From: Candidatus Bathyarchaeia archaeon
Lineage (GTDB): Archaea; Thermoproteota; Bathyarchaeia; TCS64
Direction: 5' to 3'
Assembly (NCBI GenBank): GCA_050014495.1
Contig: JBEKDF010000012.1
Span: 1-64,000, forward strand
DNA: 64,000 nt
The translations under genes were made by a program, and so were the position numbers. Shown here one piece after another: positions 28,378 through 38,411 of this stretch; positions within the stretch are counted from its first letter, which is position 1, and every line of letters starts with the position of its first letter. Under the pieces are notes generated by a model. The model did not search any database. It was not told the DNA's origin and saw only the letters and a program-made list of their open reading frames with translations.

Positions 28378-30210
28378 CTACTTCACACTCCCAATGAGAA
28401 TCTCCTCAGGAGCCTTTTCCAGGAACTGCGTCTCATAGATTCTCTTATAGATCCCATTCATCGCCATCAATTCAACGTGGTTGCCAAGTTCAACGATCTC
28501 CCCGTTATCGAGGACGATTATCCGATCCGCGTTCTTGATCGTTGATAGTCTCTGGGCGATCATAAGGGTCGTTCTCCCCTTCATCGCCTCGTCGATGGCC
28601 TGCTGGATCTCGTGCTCCGTCTTCGCGTCAACGAATGAGAGTGAGTCGTCTAGTATCAGTATCTTCGGGTCCGTGAGTAATGCACGTGCGATTGTAACCC
28701 TCTGTTTCTGCCCACCTGACAGGGTTACACCACGCTCCCCAATTAGAGTATCGTACTTCTCAGGAAGGCTATCAATGAAGTCATGTATCTGAGCCAGCTT
28801 CGCTGCATTAACCACCTCTTCATTTGACGCGTTCTGATTACCGAAGGAGATGTTGTCCCTAATTGTCCCCGAGAAGAGGAAGACATCCTGTAAGACAAGG
28901 CCGATCTGTCTCCTGAGAGAAGCCAGCTTGTAGCTCTTGATGTCCCTTCCATCGATTGTGAGGCTGCCCGAGGTAATATCATAGAACCTTGGCACCAAAT
29001 AGATTAGTGTCGTCTTCCCAGACCCTGTAGCCCCTAGAATCGCTATCTTCTCCCCGGGCTTTACCACAACATTCACTTTATTGAGGACGGGAATGTTAGG
29101 ATTGTACCCAAAACTGACGTCATTGAAGACGATCTCACCACGATCTATTTTGTGCTCCTCTGCATCTGGTAGATCCTTCACTGCTACGGGGGCCTCCATC
29201 ATGTCGTTGACACGCTCGAATCCAGCGGAGGCGTTTACCCATTGCCCAATTACCATGCTCAGGTTCTTTAGAGGCATGGTGAGCCTGCGCATGTACCTTG
29301 TGAATAGAATGAGGTCACCGATCGTGAGAAGAGCGAGAGGGGCAACGATCAAGTTTGCTCCGTAGACATAGATGAGGGAAACACCAATAGAAAGGCCGGC
29401 TTCAGCTGCAGGGGTATATATGGATTGTATCCTACCTGCCGTAATCGCAGTCTCGACGTACTTCTCCTCGACCTGTTTGAAGCCATCCTCCATCTCATCC
29501 TCTCTCTGGAAGATGCGGACATTCTTCATCCCGATGATATCCTGCTGAATGTAGGCACCCAACCTACCCAGAATTAGCTGCATCCGCCTGAAGAGAGGCA
29601 TCGTCCTCGTGAATAGGCCTACATTAAGATAGAAAACGATGATAATTGGTACAATAGCGATATAGCTCATGGTTGGGTTGATCGAGAACATTACAATGAA
29701 CACCGCAATGGCAGTAAAGAAAGCATCACAAACAGTACCAATTGCCTGAGCAAGGAACATGTCTAGTGGCTGAAGGTCCATCGTCGCCCTCGAGATTAGG
29801 TCCCCAACCGCAGCGGCGTCGTGGAACTCGAACGACTTCTCCTGTAGAGATCTGTAGTAATCAGTACGGATGTCCCTGATCATGCTCTTAGCTGTGTAGC
29901 CATTTAGGAAGATGATTATGAAGTTCAGTATCCCAAAGCCCGTTACAGCTAGGAAAATATTGATCAACAAACCAATTAGTAGATTATAATCATTCGCGAC
30001 TATGACATTGTCAATTATCTGAGCTGTATATAGGGGCTCAAGGGTGAAGAGGTAGGATCGAGCAGCGGAGAAGATGACGATTAGTCCTAAGAAAGGCCAG
30101 TAGGGCTTGTTATACTTGGCAACTATCTTGAAGGCTTTTATCGACCTCTGCATATCGAGCTGCACTTTGAGATTCTTCACGTACTCGAGGATTGGCTTAG
30201 CAACACTCAC
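28378..30210 (-). CDS. ABC exporter half-transporter (TMD-NBD), degenerate Walker B subunit
   Basis: GATGSGKTT, LSGGQKQR, ILDDSLS (E to D), IAQRLS (H to Q): heterodimeric exporter pattern. Confidence 0.95.
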   Translation of the reverse strand: MSVAKPILEYVKNLKVQLDMQRSIKAFKIVAKYNKPYWPFLGLIVIFSAARSYLFTLEPLYTAQIIDNVIVANDYNLLIGLLINIFLAVTGFGILNFIIIFLNGYTAKSMIRDIRTDYYRSLQEKSFEFHDAAAVGDLISRATMDLQPLDMFLAQAIGTVCDAFFTAIAVFIVMFSINPTMSYIAIVPIIIVFYLNVGLFTRTMPLFRRMQLILGRLGAYIQQDIIGMKNVRIFQREDEMEDGFKQVEEKYVETAITAGRIQSIYTPAAEAGLSIGVSLIYVYGANLIVAPLALLTIGDLILFTRYMRRLTMPLKNLSMVIGQWVNASAGFERVNDMMEAPVAVKDLPDAEEHKIDRGEIVFNDVSFGYNPNIPVLNKVNVVVKPGEKIAILGATGSGKTTLIYLVPRFYDITSGSLTIDGRDIKSYKLASLRRQIGLVLQDVFLFSGTIRDNISFGNQNASNEEVVNAAKLAQIHDFIDSLPEKYDTLIGERGVTLSGGQKQRVTIARALLTDPKILILDDSLSFVDAKTEHEIQQAIDEAMKGRTTLMIAQRLSTIKNADRIIVLDNGEIVELGNHVELMAMNGIYKRIYETQFLEKAPEEILIGSVK

Positions 30211-30563
30211 ATCATGTCATCCCTGAACCCATAATGTAGGCCTAAAAGCGGCGTCTATCAACTGAGACCCCATAGAGAATGTGCTCGTTGTTAGAGGTTT
30301 GAAACATTCTAGAAATTCAATATTAAATGTCAAGATAACGGCCTGCAATTATTCTTCCAAGGGTCCTATGTACCCTGTAATAAGTTTGCCGGAAGTCCAA
30401 CATTCAAAGTCGTTATATGCGAAGGGACGATCGCGATCGAAGTAAAAAATAGTTCACATGCAAGACGAAGCAAAAAATGAAGCCCCACACGACTGCCTGC
30501 GGAGAAGGGGTAGATTTAAACGCAACATACTCCGCCCAAAATCTGTCCGGGCGATTCACTACC

Positions 30564-31772
30564 ATGGAAGAAGACAAAGAGAACTCAGGTATGTCGGATA
30601 AGGCGGTGCTCGGTGTTGTCACGATTTCCCACACCTCACAGCACTTCTTCCAAGGCGCTGGTATTCTCAACCAAAGCATGATAGATGCTCTGAAGCTCGA
30701 CTATACGCAGATTGGGATAATGACGGGGCTCCTGAATGTGCTCGGGGTCCTCCCTATACTTTATAGTATACTTAGCCGCAGGATCTCGAGACGTGTCCTC
30801 CTCGGTAGTTCCAACATTCTGATGGGCCTCGGGTGCATTCTAACTGGAGCAGCTGATAGATTTGCCCTCGTTTTAGGTGGTACTTCCGCTTCGGGTATAG
30901 GCCAGGCTGGGCAGCACCCCATGAGCTCATCGATAATTACGGAAAAATACGAGAAGAGGGGGATCGGCTCCGCCCTCTCAATATTCTTCGGGCTCGGGTA
31001 CGTAGGCAACATCATAAGCCCTCTGCTCCTTTCGAGTGTGGCTTTCCTCTACGGCTACCAATCTGCTTTCTTTGTCCTTGGCCTGATACCGATCTTTACA
31101 GGTATACTCATTCTCGTAGTGCTGAGAAAGGAACCAGCAGCCAGTGTCGTTCAGATAGATCACAAAGATAGAAACCTGGGACAAGATGTTAGGGCGTCAC
31201 TTAAGGTCCCTGGCGCGATCGCGATCCTCCTGGCGTACGGCTTTGTCTCCGGTGGTACGGGGCTCGGAGTTCTCAACACCTGGGTCCCACTGTTTCTTAG
31301 GAGTCCAAAGGGGTTGAATCAGCCGATACTTGCAGCTGGCATCGTCAGCGCTCTTGGAACAATAGGCGGCGTAATAGGCACGATCTATCTTGGGAGGGTT
31401 GCTGAGAAGAGAGGCTACCTCAAGATCGCGATGATCTCATTGACTATCACCACGTTGATGATCCTATCCCTGAGCTTCTACACGACGTTCAGCTTACTAA
31501 TAATACCGAATCTTTTCCTACTCTCACTGACAACCTTCTCACTGACATCATTGATGCAGGCGCACTTGATGAGCGTGGCAGGTCCCAACGAACGCGACAT
31601 TCTCACTGGTTTGTTTTTCGCTGTCGGCGCGGGAGTCAGCGCCTTATGGTCGACGCTCCTCGGTTTCTTGATCGATAAATACAACTTCAACGTAGTCTGG
31701 ACGACAATGGGCGTAGCAGGAATAATTGCACTCTTCCTGCTAATCTACTCATACAGGAGCACAAGAAACTAG
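30564..31772 (+). CDS. MFS transporter
   Basis: About 12 TM segments, HPMSSSII..KRGIGSALS and LGRVAEKRG loops; start taken at ATG 30564. Confidence 0.88.
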   Translation: MEEDKENSGMSDKAVLGVVTISHTSQHFFQGAGILNQSMIDALKLDYTQIGIMTGLLNVLGVLPILYSILSRRISRRVLLGSSNILMGLGCILTGAADRFALVLGGTSASGIGQAGQHPMSSSIITEKYEKRGIGSALSIFFGLGYVGNIISPLLLSSVAFLYGYQSAFFVLGLIPIFTGILILVVLRKEPAASVVQIDHKDRNLGQDVRASLKVPGAIAILLAYGFVSGGTGLGVLNTWVPLFLRSPKGLNQPILAAGIVSALGTIGGVIGTIYLGRVAEKRGYLKIAMISLTITTLMILSLSFYTTFSLLIIPNLFLLSLTTFSLTSLMQAHLMSVAGPNERDILTGLFFAVGAGVSALWSTLLGFLIDKYNFNVVWTTMGVAGIIALFLLIYSYRSTRN

Positions 31773-31886
31773 ATTAGTACTGATATATTACTTGCAAAGG
31801 TCTGATTTGCGAATCGCCAGAGATCAGTCTTGAGAAACCTCCCCATGCCGGATTTAGGGGAACACTATCCGATTTAATCTAGTCGA

Positions 31887-32660
31887 TTAGACTGCCTCGT
31901 TCCTCTCGAATAGAAAAGTGCCCAATAGTACTATTCCGACACAGAATCCGGTCAAGAGAACTAAATTGATGATCCATGGCAGAAAGGAGACGCTTATGAG
32001 TGCCCCCCGCAGGCCATCCACTCCATAGGTTAAGGGGTTAAGATATGAGACTACGCGAAGAGCCAAAGGCAGATTTTCTATGGGATAGAAGATGCCGGAG
32101 AGGAAGAGTAGTGGTGAGATTATGAAGTTCATTATCAACCCGAATCCCTGCTCATCCTTAAGCAACGAGGCGATCGCAAGCCCAAGTCCTATGAAGGAGA
32201 CCGAAATCAGAACCATGAAGACCAGGGTGAGAATCAGGTCGCCGATACCACTTACCTTGAAGCCGAGGAGCAAGGAGATGGCGAGGATTGAGAGCCCCTC
32301 AAACATCGAGGTAGTTAACCCACCCGTAATTCGGCCAAGTACAATCGTCATCCTACTCACAGGTGTCACCATTATCTCTTTTAGGAAGCCATAGCGCCTA
32401 TCCCACAGCACCGACAACCCCGTAAACATTGATGTGAAGATCATCGTCATCCCGATTATCCCCGGGGTGAGGTACTCAAGGTAACCCACGCTGGAAGGTA
32501 TTCCTGGGAGGACCGCACCAGCAAAACCCGCCCCCAGGAAGGCGAGGAGGAATAGGGGGGTCACCACTGTGCCCACTATTCGTGACTTAGCCCTGTAGAA
32601 GGTTTTCATCTCCCTGAGCCAAAGGATATAGATTGCTTTCAGGCTGATGCCACTCATCAA
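31887..32660 (-). CDS. ABC-2 type permease (DrrB-like)
   Basis: DRRYGFLKEIMVTP, LSGIFYP, NPLTYGVDGLR. Confidence 0.93.
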   Translation of the reverse strand: MMSGISLKAIYILWLREMKTFYRAKSRIVGTVVTPLFLLAFLGAGFAGAVLPGIPSSVGYLEYLTPGIIGMTMIFTSMFTGLSVLWDRRYGFLKEIMVTPVSRMTIVLGRITGGLTTSMFEGLSILAISLLLGFKVSGIGDLILTLVFMVLISVSFIGLGLAIASLLKDEQGFGLIMNFIISPLLFLSGIFYPIENLPLALRVVSYLNPLTYGVDGLRGALISVSFLPWIINLVLLTGFCVGIVLLGTFLFERNEAV

Positions 32661-33649
32661 TTTCCCTCCTCACTTTCCGAGGCTCCACCGAGGCCACTCT
32701 GGCCTGCCTCTTGTTCACGTATTTTCCTCCCAGTGTACTTCAAGTAGACATCCTCAAGGGTAGGTTTTCTGAGGTGAACCGAGGTGATGGTGACCCCCAT
32801 CTTCTCCGCTGCTTTGAAGACCTCCGGAAGGTGTCGGTCAGCGTTCCTAACTCTCAATTCCATGGCCCCGTTTCGCACATCCACCCCAACGACCCAATCC
32901 ATGGTCTCGAACTGCTCCTCTAATTTGGTGTCTGTTGATTCAGAGATCTCCAGGGTGAGGACATCGCCTCCAAGAGCGTCCTTAAGGTTAACCGGTGTGT
33001 CGATGGCGACTATTCTGCCGTGATCCACTATTGCGACCCTGTCGCATAGATAGTCGGCCTCCTCCATGTAGTGGGTCGTCAGGATGATTGTTACGTCCTC
33101 TTCGTTCAGTTTCTTAATGTACTCCCAGATGTTTCTCCTCGTCTGAGCGTCTAGACCAAGTGAGGGCTCGTCTAGGAACAACACCTTCGGTCTGTGGATT
33201 AATCCCCTAGCGATCTCGAGGCGCCTCTTCATCCCACCAGAATACTTCTCGACTAGGACATTCGCCTTATCTTTTAGCTCTACGAGGTCCAGAACCTCAT
33301 CTATTCTCTTGTGTCTAATCTCTGTAGGAATATTATACATGATGGAGTGGAAGTCGAGGTTCTCCCTCCCAGTGAGTCTCTCGTCGAGGGCGGTTTCCTG
33401 GAAAACGATTCCTATGCTGTTTCTAACCATGTCTTTCTTCTTCGCCACGTCGTACCCCGCTACTTCGGCGTAGCCTGAGGTTGGCTTTAGGAGGGTGCAA
33501 AGCATGTTAATCGTAGTGGTTTTGCCAGCCCCGTTCGGTCCTAGGAGACCGAATAGCTCCCCGCTCTCGACCTCGAAGGAGATATGGTCGACGGCAGTTA
33601 GGTTCTTGAACTTCTTGGTCAGGTCAACGACCTTGATTGCATAGTCCAT
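32657..33649 (-). CDS. ABC transporter ATP-binding protein (DrrA-like)
   Basis: GPNGAGKTT, YSGGMKRRLE, FLDEP, PTLEDVYL. Confidence 0.95.
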   Translation of the reverse strand: MDYAIKVVDLTKKFKNLTAVDHISFEVESGELFGLLGPNGAGKTTTINMLCTLLKPTSGYAEVAGYDVAKKKDMVRNSIGIVFQETALDERLTGRENLDFHSIMYNIPTEIRHKRIDEVLDLVELKDKANVLVEKYSGGMKRRLEIARGLIHRPKVLFLDEPSLGLDAQTRRNIWEYIKKLNEEDVTIILTTHYMEEADYLCDRVAIVDHGRIVAIDTPVNLKDALGGDVLTLEISESTDTKLEEQFETMDWVVGVDVRNGAMELRVRNADRHLPEVFKAAEKMGVTITSVHLRKPTLEDVYLKYTGRKIREQEAGQSGLGGASESEEGN

Positions 33650-33799
33650 TTTTTTACCTGCGGGAAGCCGGTCTGCTGGGCTTCATGGTCTCTGTCTGAG
33701 AATCATCGAATATATTGGTTCCCCATTCGATCCTAGCTTGAGGCTGTCAAAGGTTTAACTGGTCTGGCTGATGCTTACACTTGGTGTTGAGGGGAGTAT

Positions 33800-35416
33800 A
33801 TGCACCCTGATTTGGTACTTATTAACGGTGAAGTTGTGACACTAAACCCTTCTAAGCCGCGGTGTGAGGCCGTGGCTGTCCAGTTCGGTCGGATAATTGA
33901 GGTTGGATCGACGAAGGATGTCATGAGTAGCGTCGGGGATAGCACACGAGTTATCGACCTCCAAGAAAAGACGGTGTTCCCCGGATTCATTGACACCCAC
34001 GTCCACCTCGACGACTTCGGCTTGACACTCCAGACCATAGACCTCGATGACGCGAAATCGGTGGATGAAGTGAAGAGGCTACTGTCGGAGCGAATTGGTC
34101 GCACACCGAAGGGAGGGTGGGTTCTCGGCAGAGGGTGGAACGAGAACAAGCTCAGGGAGCAGCGATTCCTTACCCGCTGGGACATCGACGAGGTGTCACG
34201 TGACAACCCAGTCTACCTCCACCATTACTCCTGTCACGCAACGCTATTGAACAGCAGGGGCCTCGAGGCCTCCGGCATCGATAGGCACACCAAGCCACCG
34301 GCCGGTGGCTGGATAGAAGTGGATAGTTCAGGTGAGCCAACGGGGTTCCTGAGGTCGAACGCCCGATTCATGGCCCCTGTGGGCCTTAATGGTGTGAGGC
34401 CCCGCCCAGACCTAGCGACTCTCAGAGAGGCGATCTTGATGGGGGTCAATGAGGCTGTGAAGTATGGTCTAACTGCCATACATGTCCCATCTGCTGACCA
34501 CGACGAGATCAAGGTGACGCAGGAGCTTGCCGCGGAGGGTAGACTGCCCCTCCGCGTGACCCTACTTCCTAAGGTGGAGTTACTCGATCACATTCTCAAG
34601 CTTGGTATAAAATCCGGCCTCGGGGGAGAGTGGTTGAAAATGGGCGCGATCAAGATATTCAGTGACGGCTCCCTCATCGCTAAGACCGCTGCGATGAAGG
34701 AGCACTTCGAGGGTGAGCCTGAGAACAGTGGTATACTGAATGATCCAAAGGTCTTCGCGAGGCAGATCATGGAGGCTAACCGCGCTGGTATGCAGATAGC
34801 CGTCCACGCCGTCGGCGACAAGGCCATTGAGGCCGTCCTAGATGCCTACGAGGCTGCGCTTAGCGACACACCTCGCGTCGACCACAGACACAGGATAGAG
34901 CACGGCAGCATCGTTCCCAGGGACCTTAGGGATCGTGCAAAGAGGCTCGGCGTCATTGTTTCGACGCAGCCTGAGCTCGTGACGAGGAACGGGGATGGCT
35001 TCCAGGCATCCTTGGGCGATGCGAGGATGACTTACACTTATCCGATCAAGTCGATGCTCGATGAGGGGATAGTGGTGAGCGGGAGTTCGGATTGCCCCCT
35101 GACTTACCCCAACCCACTTAAAGGAATCTGGTCGGCAGTGACCCGCTCCTCCGAGATAACTGGCAAAGCAATTACACCCGGGGAGAGGGTGACCGTTGAC
35201 CAGGCAGTTCGTATGTACACCATAAACGCCGCATATGTTGGATTCGATGAGAAGATTAAAGGAACCATCGAAGAGGGAAAACTCGCCGACTTCACCGTCC
35301 TCTCAGGCGACCCCTACGCAGTCGGTGATGAAGCCATTCGAGACCTGAGGGTCGAGATGACCATCGTCGGCGGGAAACCGGTCTACGAGAGACACCACGC
35401 TACCCCAACGGTTTAA
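33800..35416 (+). CDS. YtcJ-like metal-dependent amidohydrolase (Amidohydro_3)
   Basis: PGFIDTHVH, KIFSDGS, HAVGD, HRIEH, SSDCP, GKLADF. Confidence 0.93.
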   Translation: MHPDLVLINGEVVTLNPSKPRCEAVAVQFGRIIEVGSTKDVMSSVGDSTRVIDLQEKTVFPGFIDTHVHLDDFGLTLQTIDLDDAKSVDEVKRLLSERIGRTPKGGWVLGRGWNENKLREQRFLTRWDIDEVSRDNPVYLHHYSCHATLLNSRGLEASGIDRHTKPPAGGWIEVDSSGEPTGFLRSNARFMAPVGLNGVRPRPDLATLREAILMGVNEAVKYGLTAIHVPSADHDEIKVTQELAAEGRLPLRVTLLPKVELLDHILKLGIKSGLGGEWLKMGAIKIFSDGSLIAKTAAMKEHFEGEPENSGILNDPKVFARQIMEANRAGMQIAVHAVGDKAIEAVLDAYEAALSDTPRVDHRHRIEHGSIVPRDLRDRAKRLGVIVSTQPELVTRNGDGFQASLGDARMTYTYPIKSMLDEGIVVSGSSDCPLTYPNPLKGIWSAVTRSSEITGKAITPGERVTVDQAVRMYTINAAYVGFDEKIKGTIEEGKLADFTVLSGDPYAVGDEAIRDLRVEMTIVGGKPVYERHHATPTV

Positions 35417-35442
35417 GTCTAGCCAATTAATCATAGCGGGGA

Positions 35443-36423
35443 GTGGCTCAGATGCAGGTCGCCGACGGCGTATACCAATTCAAGGTCCCAATGAAACACA
35501 ACCCCCTCGGCTTCACATACTCATACTTCCTAAAGGAGTCTAAGACTCTCATAGACACGGGCATACCCGACTGGGGATCATTCAACGCCCTCGAGAGACA
35601 GCTGAGCGAACAGGGGACACGCATCAAGGATCTTGAGAGGGTCATCATCACCCACATGCACAACGACCACGTCGGACTCATAGAGTACATAAGGCAGAGC
35701 GTCGACGTCGAGACCATCGCCCACCGCATCGCCGAGGAGCGCCAGCTAGAGCAGATCAGAGTCTACAAGGACATGTACAAGAACACATCTGAGGAGCTCC
35801 AGCTTATGGGCGGCGGCTCCTTCCAGCAGTTCCTCAGCCGCTTCGAGCACGCCTTCATAGAGGACTCTGAACCACTGAGGCTCGATAAGCTCCTCGAAGA
35901 TGGTGACACCATCGACCTCTCGGGCGTGAAACTGAAGGTGATCTGGACCCCAGGCCATGCGGCCGAGCACATCTGCCTCCACGATACGGATAGGCGGATC
36001 CTCTTCAGCGGCGACCACGTCCTGCCTAAGATCACGAGCCACGTCAGCCTTCACACCTGGGAGAATAGGGACCCGCTTAGAGACTACCTGAATAGCTTGA
36101 ATAAGGTCAAGGACCTACCAGTGGATCTCATCTTACCCGGCCACGAGACAAACTTCACGGATCTTCGCGGCCGAGTCACGCAACTCCTTGCCCATCATGA
36201 GGCCCGCCTGACGGAGGTAAAAGAGGCCCTGAATAGCGGGAAGAGCACGATCTTCGATGTCGCAGGCACGATTCACTGGGATAGTCGCCCATGGAGGTTA
36301 ATGGACTTCTGGACAAAGAGGATGGCCGCAGCCGAGACCTACGCCCACCTAGTCTACCTGAGAAACAAGGGCGAGGTAAAAGAGACCATAAAAGAAAACA
36401 CACTTCACTACAGCCTCAGCTGA
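35443..36423 (+). CDS. Metallo-beta-lactamase fold hydrolase
   Basis: THMHNDHVG, TPGH, SGDH, PGH. Confidence 0.92.
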   Translation: MAQMQVADGVYQFKVPMKHNPLGFTYSYFLKESKTLIDTGIPDWGSFNALERQLSEQGTRIKDLERVIITHMHNDHVGLIEYIRQSVDVETIAHRIAEERQLEQIRVYKDMYKNTSEELQLMGGGSFQQFLSRFEHAFIEDSEPLRLDKLLEDGDTIDLSGVKLKVIWTPGHAAEHICLHDTDRRILFSGDHVLPKITSHVSLHTWENRDPLRDYLNSLNKVKDLPVDLILPGHETNFTDLRGRVTQLLAHHEARLTEVKEALNSGKSTIFDVAGTIHWDSRPWRLMDFWTKRMAAAETYAHLVYLRNKGEVKETIKENTLHYSLS

Positions 36424-36638
36424 AGCACCCCAACACATCCAGTTATTCATCATGAACCAGATAACCCTAGAAGCCAAAACCTCACCCACCTCTTCCTTGA
36501 TTAAAATCCCCCGCATCAAAGTGTCCATACGCGAAAAGAAGAAAACTGATTATCAAATCATAGCAATAATAAACTAATCCCAAAAACTAGAATAAGAAAT
36601 CTTTAACTAAACCAGATTCAAAGACGATTTAAAAAAAT

Positions 36639-37298
36639 TTAGCGCCAGACCTTAACGCCCTTCTCGACGAGGTACTGAGCCGCCAAATCCGCGATATCGG
36701 GAGCCTTGAAGGGTATCCGCATCACCTTAATCTGATCAAGAAGGTCCCTATACGTAATCTCCTCACGACCCTTCTTGACATACTGGTCGAGAATAGTCTG
36801 CGCCACCTCCTCAGCAACGCGATACTTCGGACTCAAAGTCCTATAATGATGCTTCAACGCAGCAGCGATCTCATCCCCACTCGCACTATCAAGCGCCCAG
36901 ATAGTCGGACGAGGACCACCCTTACTCGACTGAACCTTCGACACCTTAAGAGCCGGCCCCACAAGACCAACAGCTCGAAGCCTCTTCAACGTCCTATAAA
37001 CCGTAGCCTCGGGTTGATTAAGCTCAGTCTGAAGCACCCAAGCCGTCGCCGCCCCATTCAAACAGAAGTAAAGAAAAGCCTCCGCCACCGCTGGAGAACT
37101 AAAAATGTTCTCACTGAAATTCAGCAACTCCTGAATATTCTTCAACGTAGTAGCGAGATCATTCTTCTCATTAAGCAGAAGCAGCTGGCGAAAGATCTGC
37201 GTATACTTAATAAAATTAGTCTCCTTCGGCGTAATCCTATTAACCGATCGACTTTTATCGCCGTTTAACGCATCTCTCAGGGGCACAACTCGAGCCAT
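36639..37298 (-). CDS. Hypothetical winged-helix DNA-binding protein
   Basis: LQTELNQPEATVYRTLKRLRAVGLV HTH followed by GGPRPTIW wing. Confidence 0.65.
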   Translation of the reverse strand: MARVVPLRDALNGDKSRSVNRITPKETNFIKYTQIFRQLLLLNEKNDLATTLKNIQELLNFSENIFSSPAVAEAFLYFCLNGAATAWVLQTELNQPEATVYRTLKRLRAVGLVGPALKVSKVQSSKGGPRPTIWALDSASGDEIAAALKHHYRTLSPKYRVAEEVAQTILDQYVKKGREEITYRDLLDQIKVMRIPFKAPDIADLAAQYLVEKGVKVWR

Positions 37299-37361
37299 AT
37301 AGTCGTCTCCATAATCGCCGGTCGTCGGCGAAAGAAGAACTTCCGCGATAAGCTTATAAGA

Positions 37362-37414
37362 TTACTTGTTAACAAGTAAACATGTAAACAAGTTATCTGG
37401 TCGCACTGTAAACA
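37362..37414. promoter_or_regulatory. Operator array: 18-bp palindrome plus 8-bp direct repeats
   Basis: TTACTTGTTAACAAGTAA (37362-37379); WGTWAACA at 37367, 37375, 37383 and 37407, downstream of TATA-like CTTATAAG. Confidence 0.7.
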
Positions 37415-37860
37415 TGACACGCAAGACTGTCGCCATCCGGGGTCTCGATACGGGGCTTTACAATGAGGTATTCTCTATGGCGAAGAAAGATGGTAAGCGT
37501 GTCAGCGATCTAGTGAACTCGGCCCTGAAAGCGTACATTGATGGGGACATAGCCGAAAATGTAGTTTTGCCTGTCGAGGATGGAGGAGAGGTTCAAGCCG
37601 GGGGTAGCTTCATCCTATCAGTCGAGGATGAGGGTGAAGTGACCCTGTCGAAGAACGACGTACTCGACATTAGTAGGGATATGGGCCCATTCAGGATCGA
37701 GAGCAGCGGGACCCTAGTCTTCGAGAAGGATGTTGACGCAGAGGCACTTCGTGGGATTGAGAAGATAGTAATCCTCAGCGGCGAGGTAAAGGTACCGAAG
37801 AAGGCTTATCCCCAGTTCCTTATTAAGTGCCAGATTAAGGGTAAGCTCGAGAAGTATTGA
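37414..37860 (+). CDS. Ribbon-helix-helix (CopG-like) protein with unknown C-terminal domain
   Basis: MTRKTVAIRGLDTGLYNEVFSMAKKDGKRVSDLVNSALKAYI fits the strand-helix-helix pattern; ATG at 37414. Confidence 0.65.
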   Translation: MTRKTVAIRGLDTGLYNEVFSMAKKDGKRVSDLVNSALKAYIDGDIAENVVLPVEDGGEVQAGGSFILSVEDEGEVTLSKNDVLDISRDMGPFRIESSGTLVFEKDVDAEALRGIEKIVILSGEVKVPKKAYPQFLIKCQIKGKLEKY

Positions 37861-38411
37861 GTTCCCTCGACCTCGTTGGAGTAGAGGATGGTGGCTTCAA
37901 GGCATTCCAGCCTGGGCAGTCGACTTTTTTATGTGCTGTCTCGATGGTGGGGAACAGTATCGAGTCCATTGAGTTGAGCAGAATTACGGTCGATGGGAGG
38001 GACGCCACGGAGGTGTTGCTCGGTATGCTTGATACAATCCGCTGTGATGCGGTGATACTCGGAGGCGTCTCCTTCGCCGGGTTCAATATAATGGATCCGA
38101 TGAGATTATACAAGGAATTAGGTGTCCCAGTGATCATTTATTCGGGAGAGAGGCCTGATAGCGCTTCTGTGTTGGCAGCGTTGAAGGTTCACTTCGCTGA
38201 TTGGGAAGTTAGGTGGGCTTCTATTGCGCGACTCGGGGATATTTACAGCCTCATAACAAAGGTGGGTTACAAGCCGGTTTTCTTCGAGGTCGTTGGCGAG
38301 TCGAGAGATTGGTGTGAGAAGGTTCTGAGGTCATCGGCGTCGTTGACGAGGGCGCCGGAGCCGATTAGAGTCGCTAGGATCTTGGCACGTGGCCTCACTA
38401 AAACCGTTTAA
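37857..38411 (+). CDS. DUF99 family protein (endonuclease V-like fold)
   Basis: GVEDG, ITVDGRDAT, GVSFAGFNI, PEPIRVA. Confidence 0.85.
   Translation: MSSLDLVGVEDGGFKAFQPGQSTFLCAVSMVGNSIESIELSRITVDGRDATEVLLGMLDTIRCDAVILGGVSFAGFNIMDPMRLYKELGVPVIIYSGERPDSASVLAALKVHFADWEVRWASIARLGDIYSLITKVGYKPVFFEVVGESRDWCEKVLRSSASLTRAPEPIRVARILARGLTKTV

Noticed and set aside
36846..37268. 140-aa plus-strand ORF and other antisense ORFs in the track (e.g. 9180-9668, 27380-28144, 52849-53379)
   Set aside because: Shadow frames overlapping well-supported genes, with no recognisable motifs
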